Positions 8,765-16,148 of a DNA stretch of 52,345 bases are shown here, piece after piece. The notes beneath the pieces were generated by a model. That model made no database searches and was not told where the DNA came from. It saw nothing but the letters and a program-made list of their open reading frames with translations. The position numbers were made by a program, and so were the translations under genes. Positions within the stretch are counted from its first letter, which is position 1, and the number at the start of each line of letters is the position of its first letter. Origin of the DNA: Opitutus sp. GAS368 (GTDB lineage: Bacteria; Verrucomicrobiota; Verrucomicrobiia; Opitutales; Opitutaceae); the NCBI GenBank assembly GCA_945861645.1, contig CAMAVZ010000013.1, positions 1 through 52,345 on the forward strand, read 5' to 3'.

Positions 8765-9883
8765 ATGGAAAAAATCCTCATCCTCACCGCCGGCTATGGG
8801 GAAGGTCATAATAGTGCCGCCCGCGCACTCCAAAGTGCTTTCAACGAAAACCCTGCGGTCGAAGCTGAATTAATTGATCTATTTGCGCTGCGCGCACCCC
8901 GCCTCAATAATTTTTCTCGGCGCGCTTATGTTAAGGTGATCAATACCGCCCCGAAAATCTGGAGTGCCATTTACGGCTGGCTCGATCGCTCGCCCCTGGT
9001 GCCGCTGACTTTTAAGGCGCTCGGCAGTCACCGCGAATTACTTGGCCGCTTGATCGCCGAAAAAAAGCCCAGCGCCATTTGCTCCACCTACCCGGTCTAC
9101 GCTTGGCTGCTCAACGATCTCCGGCGGCGCGGCCACCAATTCTGCCCGCATTACACGATCATCACCGACGCGCTTACCATTAATTCGCTCTGGTTTCGCA
9201 CGCCTTCCGCTGGGTGGTTTGTGACCGACCCCGATTCTGGTGCCGTGCTCTGCACTCGAGGAATTCCGGCGGAACAGGTGCACGTCAGCGGCTTTCCCGT
9301 CGCCCTGGCGTTCGCTGATCGCCGCCCAGACTGGCAGCCCCCGGAACTCACGCGAACGACTCGGCGGAAAATTTTATTCATGATTAACTCGGGGCGCAGC
9401 CACGCCTTGCAGATTGCCCGAGCGCTGCTGCAGCACCGTGACTGGCAAATTACTTTCACCGCCGGACGTGATTTGGCTCTGCAGCAAGAGCTCAAAAATC
9501 TCGCGACCGGAGCGCCCGCTCAGGCGACGGTGCTGGGCTGGACTAACGACATTCCCGAACTGCTCATGACCCATCATGTTGTCATCAGCAAAGCCGGAGG
9601 GGCTACGACGCAAGAATCCATCAATGCGCACTGCCCTTTACTCGTGAGTCAAATTGTGCCCGGGCAGGAAGAAGGAAATTATGAACTCATTCGCCGACAC
9701 GACGCGGGGGCACTCACGGAAACCCCCCAAGCCATCGTCGCGACCCTGCAACGCATCTTCGCCAGCGACGCGGCGATTTGGCAACACTGGCGCGCGAACC
9801 TTCAGCGCTTCGCCCAACCCGCCGCCGCGCGAACCATCGCCACCACGGTGCTGAGTAAGTCTGCCAAAATTGGCGACCAGTGA
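8765..9883 (+). CDS. MGDG synthase/UgtP-like GT28 diacylglycerol glycosyltransferase
   Basis: AGYGEGHNSAA, TIITD, GFPV, SKAGGATTQES, PGQEEGN motifs. Confidence 0.88.
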   Translation: MEKILILTAGYGEGHNSAARALQSAFNENPAVEAELIDLFALRAPRLNNFSRRAYVKVINTAPKIWSAIYGWLDRSPLVPLTFKALGSHRELLGRLIAEKKPSAICSTYPVYAWLLNDLRRRGHQFCPHYTIITDALTINSLWFRTPSAGWFVTDPDSGAVLCTRGIPAEQVHVSGFPVALAFADRRPDWQPPELTRTTRRKILFMINSGRSHALQIARALLQHRDWQITFTAGRDLALQQELKNLATGAPAQATVLGWTNDIPELLMTHHVVISKAGGATTQESINAHCPLLVSQIVPGQEEGNYELIRRHDAGALTETPQAIVATLQRIFASDAAIWQHWRANLQRFAQPAAARTIATTVLSKSAKIGDQ

Positions 9884-9907
9884 TCGCGCGTAGGCCTGGC
9901 GCGAAAC

Positions 9908-11227
9908 TTAAGCCCCGCGCGCCGCGAGCTGCGCACGAATGACGAGCAGGGTGCGCTCGGTCGCGCCGCAATGCTCCGCATGCCAAGCCCGCGCCGCTGA
10001 CGCGAGTTTCTCGCGCTGCGGCGCATCTTCCAGCAATGTGACCGCCGTGGTGATCAGCTCCGGAGCGGACGTGACTTTGCGTACCGCACCAGCCTCGGTT
10101 AGGGTACGGATAATCTCCCGAAAATTGCTCATATTCGGTCCGTGCAGAATTGGCTTACCGAGGACCGCGGCCTCGACCGGCGTCTGACCACCTTCATGCG
10201 GAGCCAGACTCTTCCCCACGAATACTAAATCTGCCAGCTGGGTAAATTGCCGGAGCTCACCCGTAGTATCGCCGACGACCACCGCCACCGGCGCGGACTC
10301 TCGCCCAGCGGCTAGCCCTTGATCACGATAGGAACCCGTGGAGCGAAAATGATAAGTGAGCCCTGATAATTCTAGCCAACTCCGCAACTCCGCCCGACGT
10401 TCCGCATGACGAGGCACCAGCAATAAGGAAACGTTCAAGCCACGCTCACGCGCCGAGCGCAACACGGTGAGCAGCGCCGCCTCTTCTCCCGGCCAGGTGG
10501 AGGAGCCCAGTAACACCAAACCAGTCCCGAGTCCCAGCTGACGACGCAGTGCCGCTCGCGCACTCTCACCCATCAACGGAATATCGACATCAAGTTTAAG
10601 ATTACCAGTCGTCTGCAGACGCTCCGGCGGGAAACCCAAAGCCTTGAAGCGTTGCTCATCCCGCCGTGAAGCACAGAGCACTTGAGTGAGACCGCGTGAC
10701 AACGGTTGGAGGAAAGCCCGGAAACGCAAGGCACGGCGAAAGCTTCGGTCCGAAAGCCGGGCATTAATACTCAGCACGGCGACGCCACGTGCGGCCGCTT
10801 GATCCACGTGCTCAGGCCAGCGCTCGCCTTCCATCAAAATACAAAGATCCGGCTGGATTCGCCGCCAAGCGCGGGCATTAAAAGCCCAGAAATCTAACGG
10901 GAAATAACCAATGCCAATGGTCAAGGCGGCATACTTTTCTTGCGCCAATTTGTAACCAGTACTCGTGGTCGTAGTGAGATAAATTTCCGTGCGCCCCTCT
11001 TGGTGCAACGACTCCAGCAAGGGAGCGAGCGCGAGCATCTCCCCAACACTCACCGCCTGCAGCCAAATTCGCCGCACCCCTAATGCTTTCGCCGGCAATT
11101 GATCCGTGCCCCCAAAGCGGTGGCTGAATTTTTCGAGATAGCCCCCCCGGCGCCGCATCCGCCATAAATAATAGGGCGTCGCAATCAGCAACAGCGGCAG
11201 AAAAAGAAATCGATAAACCCAGATCAC
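9908..11227 (-). CDS. waaA: 3-deoxy-D-manno-octulosonic acid (Kdo) transferase
   Basis: WLQAVSVGE, TTTTSTG, FPLD, INARLSDRS, GNLKLD, VPRHAER, DTTGEL, GPNMSNF. Confidence 0.93.
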   Translation of the reverse strand: MIWVYRFLFLPLLLIATPYYLWRMRRRGGYLEKFSHRFGGTDQLPAKALGVRRIWLQAVSVGEMLALAPLLESLHQEGRTEIYLTTTTSTGYKLAQEKYAALTIGIGYFPLDFWAFNARAWRRIQPDLCILMEGERWPEHVDQAAARGVAVLSINARLSDRSFRRALRFRAFLQPLSRGLTQVLCASRRDEQRFKALGFPPERLQTTGNLKLDVDIPLMGESARAALRRQLGLGTGLVLLGSSTWPGEEAALLTVLRSARERGLNVSLLLVPRHAERRAELRSWLELSGLTYHFRSTGSYRDQGLAAGRESAPVAVVVGDTTGELRQFTQLADLVFVGKSLAPHEGGQTPVEAAVLGKPILHGPNMSNFREIIRTLTEAGAVRKVTSAPELITTAVTLLEDAPQREKLASAARAWHAEHCGATERTLLVIRAQLAARGA

Positions 11228-11313
11228 GATGACAAAAGCGCCCAGCGGCGACGCGGCTTTACGCCCAGATTAAAATGCCCTCTGTTTCGCATCAATAACC
11301 TAAGTGACGTTAT

Positions 11314-12351
11314 TTATTGGCCCAACACCCACGCAAAAATTAAAGGAGCGACGATGGTGGCATCGCTCTCGACAATGAATTTGGGCGTCGAAGCCGCCAG
11401 CTTGCCCCAGGTAATTTTCTCATTCGGGACGGCTCCCGAATAACTGCCATAGCTGGTTGTAGCGTCACTGATTTGCGCAAAATACCCCCACAACGGAATG
11501 CCGCGGCGTTCGAGATCTTGGTGCAACATTGGCACAACGCAGATGGGAAAATCTCCGGCAATGCCACCGCCGATTTGGAAGAAACCCAAACTGCCCTCCC
11601 CATTCTTTAAACAGGTGGCCGTCTTTGTATAATATTGCGCCAACCAAGTCATGTACTCGATCCCCGTCCGGACCGTGTGGACATGCTTGACGTCACCGCG
11701 AATCACCGCTGCCGCATACATGTTGCCGAGCGTGGCATCCTCCCAGCCAGGCACGATAATCGGCAGATTTTTTTCGCAGGCGGCGATTAACCAAGAATTC
11801 TTGGGATCAATCTGGTAACTCTTCCGCAGCTTCCCGCTCCGGATAATTTTATACATGAACTCATGGGGGAAATAACGTTCGCCCGCCCGATCAGCTTTAA
11901 TCCATTCGGCCAACACCACTCCCTCGATGCGCCGCATCGCTTCCATCTCAGGAATACAGGTATCGGTCACGCGGTTCATATGCCGCCCCAGCAGCGCCTG
12001 CTCATCGGCTGCCGTTAGCTGACGATACTGCGGCACTCGCTCATAATAATCATGCGCCACCAGATTAAAAATATCTTCCTCTAAATTGGCGCCGGTGCAG
12101 ACGATCGCATGGACTTTATTCTGACGAATCATCTCGGCTAACGAAATACCCAGTTCGGCCGTTGACATCGCCCCAGCCAACGTCACTAGCATTTGCCCAC
12201 CCGCTTTGAGATGCGCCTCATACCCCTTCGCGGCATCCAACATTGCCGCCGCGTTAAAGTGACGATAATTGTGGGCGATGAACTGAGACACCGGCCCCTT
12301 CTTCCGCGCCAGGGCGGCATTGACGAATTCGGGCTTGGACTTGGCTTGCAT
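11314..12351 (-). CDS. Deoxyhypusine synthase-like protein (homospermidine synthase candidate)
   Basis: TLAGAMS, TGANLEED, GGGIAGD, GSYSGAVPNEKITWGK. Likely start MQAKSK at 12351 (track gives 12423). Confidence 0.9.
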   Translation of the reverse strand: MQAKSKPEFVNAALARKKGPVSQFIAHNYRHFNAAAMLDAAKGYEAHLKAGGQMLVTLAGAMSTAELGISLAEMIRQNKVHAIVCTGANLEEDIFNLVAHDYYERVPQYRQLTAADEQALLGRHMNRVTDTCIPEMEAMRRIEGVVLAEWIKADRAGERYFPHEFMYKIIRSGKLRKSYQIDPKNSWLIAACEKNLPIIVPGWEDATLGNMYAAAVIRGDVKHVHTVRTGIEYMTWLAQYYTKTATCLKNGEGSLGFFQIGGGIAGDFPICVVPMLHQDLERRGIPLWGYFAQISDATTSYGSYSGAVPNEKITWGKLAASTPKFIVESDATIVAPLIFAWVLGQ

Positions 12352-12648
12352 AGATCTCAGCAAGCGTGTGGGCCGCCCATTTGGCCACACAAAAGTCGCC
12401 TGACTCACATTAACTAAATCCATAAATTACTGATATACAGTTAAATAAAATTTATATCTAAAAATTAATGGCAGATTTTAGCCCAGCCCTGAATCGCTAA
12501 GAATAATTGCTCACTCGTGCAGGCCATCGCCCGCCAGCAGCTTAGAATCTGCGGCCAGTTTCTCGAAAATTCAGCAGCGAAAACTCAAGCCCTGGATCGG
12601 CAGCGAGGTGGTTTGGGGCGGTCGGAGACTGACCCGCCAATCCCAGTT

Positions 12649-12677
12649 TTGACATCGCCGCGGTGACGAGCAATCAT
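12649..12677 (+). promoter_or_regulatory. Putative sigma70 promoter for the HIT-phoH-ybeY operon
   Basis: TTGACA at 12649, 17-nt spacer, AATCAT; ATG 11 nt downstream implies a very short leader. Confidence 0.4.
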
Positions 12678-12688
12678 GCTCGAGAAAT

Positions 12689-13186
12689 ATGGAACATCTG
12701 CACGCCTATTGGCGCATGGAATATATTGAAGCGCCGCGCACCAAGGCTGGCGGCGATTTATTTTTAGAGCTCCCCGCCCTCGGCGATGATGTCGCGGCCC
12801 TCATCATCTATCGCAGCCCGTTGAGCTATCTGATTCTCAATCGTTACCCCTACAATGCGGGCCACCTCCTCGCGGTGCCCTTTCGCAAGGTAGCTGATCT
12901 GGTCGAACTCACGTCCGCAGAACGAGCCGACCTCATGGACACCATAATCTTTGGGCAGACGGTGCTGCGTGCCGCCCTAAAACCAGATGCCTTCAACCTG
13001 GGGTTCAACCTCGGCGCTGGTGCGGGCGGGAGCATCACCCATTTACACGCTCACATCGTTCCCCGCTGGAATGGGGATACCAATTTCATGCCCGTCATCG
13101 GCCAAACCCGCGTCCTCCCCGAGGCCCTGGCCTCCCTGTATCAACGCCTCCGCGGTATCGCCGATCACTTAAAGTCTACGGTTTAA
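12689..13186 (+). CDS. HIT-family nucleotide hydrolase (Ap4A phosphorylase-like)
   Basis: LNRYPYNAGH, NLG..AG.SI.HLHAHIVPRWNGDTNFMP histidine triad. Confidence 0.93.
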   Translation: MEHLHAYWRMEYIEAPRTKAGGDLFLELPALGDDVAALIIYRSPLSYLILNRYPYNAGHLLAVPFRKVADLVELTSAERADLMDTIIFGQTVLRAALKPDAFNLGFNLGAGAGGSITHLHAHIVPRWNGDTNFMPVIGQTRVLPEALASLYQRLRGIADHLKSTV

Positions 13187-13225
13187 CCGACCGCTCGCCC
13201 GCGCTCCAGTTTCTCCCCTCCCCCA

Positions 13226-14197
13226 GTGTCCGAATCCAAAACGCTCCGTTACCCCAACGCCCGCTACCTCCAACAGCTGTATTGTGGCAGCGAGGACAAT
13301 CTCTTACTCGTTGAGCGCGCCCTTAACGTGCGGCTGATCACCCGGGATGAATGGCTAAAAATCGAAGGGCTGCCGCCGGCGATGGACCGAGCTGAAGAAT
13401 TTTTTACGCTCCTCAATTTGGGGCGCACGCAGGGCCTCACCTGGCGCACGCCCGATTTCATCCGACTCCTCGAACTGTATAGCCATGATGGCGGCACCAG
13501 CCTGCGCGCCCTGTTTACGGAACCACTGGTAATCACGACTAATCGCAAAAGCGTGGTCCCTAAAACCATCGGCCAAAAGCTCTACCTTCAAGCCATCCAA
13601 AAAAATCCCATCGTGTTTGGCATCGGCCCAGCGGGCACGGGTAAGACCTACCTCGCGATGGCCGCCGCAATTTCAGCTCTGCTGCAAGGTCAGGTGCAAC
13701 GCCTCATCCTAACGCGCCCGGCCGTCGAGGCGGGCGAGACGCTCGGCTTTCTCCCGGGAGATCTGCGCGAAAAAATCTTACCCTATCTACGACCACTCTA
13801 CGACGCCTTGCACGATATGCTCGACCCCGAAGATGTGGTCACCTTATCCGAAAAAGGCGTAATTGAAATCGCCCCACTCGCTTACATGCGCGGGCGCACC
13901 TTAGCCAACGCTTACATCATCCTCGATGAAGCGCAGAATACTACCCCCGAGCAAATGATGATGTTTCTCACTCGTTTGGGTGATGAATCACGCATCATCG
14001 TCACCGGCGATATCACCCAGATTGACCTCCCGCGTAATAAACCCTCCGGTTTAACCCAAGCTCCGCGCGTATTAAAAAACATTCCCGGGATTGAATTTCA
14101 TACCTTTACTGCCTCGGACGTCGTGCGCCATCCGCTCGTGCAAAGAATTATCGAAGCCTATGAGCAGTCGAAAGGCACCGCCGACCGCAGTCCATGA
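13226..14197 (+). CDS. phoH: PhoH-family ATPase (YbeZ-like)
   Basis: GPAGTGKT, RPAVEAGE.LGFLPG, PLAYMRGRTL, DEAQN, GDITQIDLP. Confidence 0.95.
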   Translation: MSESKTLRYPNARYLQQLYCGSEDNLLLVERALNVRLITRDEWLKIEGLPPAMDRAEEFFTLLNLGRTQGLTWRTPDFIRLLELYSHDGGTSLRALFTEPLVITTNRKSVVPKTIGQKLYLQAIQKNPIVFGIGPAGTGKTYLAMAAAISALLQGQVQRLILTRPAVEAGETLGFLPGDLREKILPYLRPLYDALHDMLDPEDVVTLSEKGVIEIAPLAYMRGRTLANAYIILDEAQNTTPEQMMMFLTRLGDESRIIVTGDITQIDLPRNKPSGLTQAPRVLKNIPGIEFHTFTASDVVRHPLVQRIIEAYEQSKGTADRSP

Positions 14198-14730
14198 GTT
14201 CACCGGCTAACCCAGTCCGTACCGTTGCCATCCGCAACGCCCACCCGCAACTGCGCTTGGCCCGCCCCGCGATCACCGCGGCGATTGCCATCCTAGATCA
14301 ACACGCAGCGCGCTTCCTCGGCGGCTGCCCGCCCGGCGAATTATCACTCGCGTTCCTCACCGACCAATCACTCGCAAAAATTCATGCCGATTTCATGAAC
14401 GACCCCACGGCCACTGATGTCATCACCTTCGAAGGCGATGCTGCGGCTGGCCTCGCCGGGGAAATTTGCGTTTCGGCTGACACCGCCGCCCGTTTTATCC
14501 GACTCAAGTTAAGCGGCCCGCGAACTTCTCGGCGACGGGCGAAGCTAACAGCTGGACCAACCCCGTTCGCGGAGGAGCTGATGCTTTATGTGGTCCACGG
14601 CTGGTTGCATCTCGCTGGTTATGATGACCTCGAGCCGACTAAAAAACGCCGAATGCGCGCGGCCGAAGCGCGCGCGATGAAATTACTGCGGACGGCTCAA
14701 GCTGTGCCGGCTTTTAAGTTAAGCCGCTAA
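14194..14730 (+). CDS. ybeY: rRNA maturation RNase YbeY
   Basis: TDVITF, GEICVS, HGWLHLAGYDD; follows phoH with ATGA overlap, the conserved gene order. Confidence 0.88.
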   Translation: MSSPANPVRTVAIRNAHPQLRLARPAITAAIAILDQHAARFLGGCPPGELSLAFLTDQSLAKIHADFMNDPTATDVITFEGDAAAGLAGEICVSADTAARFIRLKLSGPRTSRRRAKLTAGPTPFAEELMLYVVHGWLHLAGYDDLEPTKKRRMRAAEARAMKLLRTAQAVPAFKLSR

Positions 14731-14824
14731 CCGCAGAGCCAACGGGCAGGCGAATAAGACGGCCATCGCCAACATCTAAAAAAATCAGTGGCATCCCCAG
14801 TCATCTCTGGTTCACTGCCTACTT

Positions 14825-15487
14825 ATGCCTAACTCCCGCCTCGCTTCGCTGCGCAATGCCTTTCTCACAGGGCTGCTCTTGCTCGCACCGCTCGTCGTCA
14901 CGGTTTGGGCTTTTCTCAAAATTATAGATATCGTGGGGGGGAGTTTCCGGCCACTTTTTGATACGCTCATCCCGAACCGCTTGCAGGATATTCCGCTGGT
15001 CTGGGAAATGGCGGTCACGGTGGTAGTTTTTGCCTTGGTCACACTGTTCGGACTGATCTCCCACTATTTTTTTGGAAAATACCTGCTCGATCTTGGTGAA
15101 CGAGTGATTCTCGCCATCCCGGGCCTCAATACCGTTTATCGCTCCGTCAAACAGCTGGTCTCCACGTTCGGATCCCAAAATCGCAATCTCTTCAGTCGCG
15201 TCGTGCTCGTTCAATATCCACGACCGGGCGTGTGGACACTCGGTTTCCTCACGAGCAAAACCCAAGCAGAGGCGCAGACCCGCGCCGGTTGCGAACTCTG
15301 GTCAGTCTTTATTCCCACCTCCCCGAATCCCACCAGCGGCTTTATGCTATTCTTCCCGCCAGCTGAAATCATCGAACTAGAAATGTCTGCCGGCGATGGT
15401 ATGAAAATGGTGATCTCAGGCGGTGCGATGATCCCTACCTGGCCGGATGCCGCGAGCGCTCAAGCAGAGCTGAAAGCTAAAGTCTAA
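14825..15487 (+). CDS. DUF502 family membrane protein
   Basis: Two N-terminal TMs, IPG...VY..VKQ, VFIPTSPNPTSGF, GMKMVISGG. Confidence 0.9.
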   Translation: MPNSRLASLRNAFLTGLLLLAPLVVTVWAFLKIIDIVGGSFRPLFDTLIPNRLQDIPLVWEMAVTVVVFALVTLFGLISHYFFGKYLLDLGERVILAIPGLNTVYRSVKQLVSTFGSQNRNLFSRVVLVQYPRPGVWTLGFLTSKTQAEAQTRAGCELWSVFIPTSPNPTSGFMLFFPPAEIIELEMSAGDGMKMVISGGAMIPTWPDAASAQAELKAKV

Positions 15488-15521
15488 GCGGGCCGGCTCT
15501 GCGCCCTGACCGTCACCCCCT

Positions 15522-16139
15522 ATGCCCGGTCAACAGCTCCAAACGGAGGCCTTCATCCTCGCCAAGCAGCCTTCCGGTTCCGATTCGTTTGAGCAGTTGA
15601 CGGCTTTCTCCCGTACGCAGGGCAACCTGCATTGCCTGCGCCGGATGAGTCAGAGCAAGACGGCGCTCACGCCTCTGGACTTATTTGACGAGGCTGAACT
15701 TTGGCTCGAATCCACCAACCAAGGTCGCACGTGGTTCATCAAGGAGCACCGCTTCATCCAGCGCGAACCTGGCATCGGCCGATCCTATGAAACCCTCCGC
15801 GCCGCTGCGGCCCTCGCCACACTCGTCTGCCGTAACCCCGTAGCTGACGAATCCCGCGCGGCCGTCGCTGGCTTACTTCGATCCAGCCTGACCGCACTCG
15901 GGGCCGGTGGACGCCCAGATATTATCTGGCTCAAGACACTCTTCTGTTTTCTCCGAGATGAAGGCTACCCCGTGAAACAACAGTGGTGGCTAGAACTCTC
16001 CGCGAGCGAACGTGAGCTCGCAGCTACCCTCATCAATCAACCCCTCGCCGCCCAACTAGCCACTCCCGAGACCGTCGCCGTAATCATCCGCCGGCTCGAG
16101 GAATGGATGCAGCGCGAAACAGAAGTGCGCGTGGCGTGA
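15522..16139 (+). CDS. RecO-like DNA repair protein (divergent)
   Basis: N-terminus TEAFILAKQPSG...LTAFSRTQG...LDLFDEAEL resembles the RecO OB fold; helical C-terminus with L...GY; no Cys4 zinc finger. Confidence 0.55.
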   Translation: MPGQQLQTEAFILAKQPSGSDSFEQLTAFSRTQGNLHCLRRMSQSKTALTPLDLFDEAELWLESTNQGRTWFIKEHRFIQREPGIGRSYETLRAAAALATLVCRNPVADESRAAVAGLLRSSLTALGAGGRPDIIWLKTLFCFLRDEGYPVKQQWWLELSASERELAATLINQPLAAQLATPETVAVIIRRLEEWMQRETEVRVA

Positions 16140-16148
16140 GCTAGCCCC

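Noticed and set aside
12410..12480. AT-rich tract resembling a dif site or LexA box (ACTG-ATATA-CAGTTAAAT)
   Set aside because: Only the GTTAAAT part of the XerD arm matches, the XerC arm does not, and CTG-N5-CAG is not LexA spacing; probably promoter DNA between divergent genes.
13226..14197. phoH as part of a phosphate-starvation cluster
   Set aside because: It is in the conserved phoH(ybeZ)-ybeY context, which is usually not Pho-regulated.
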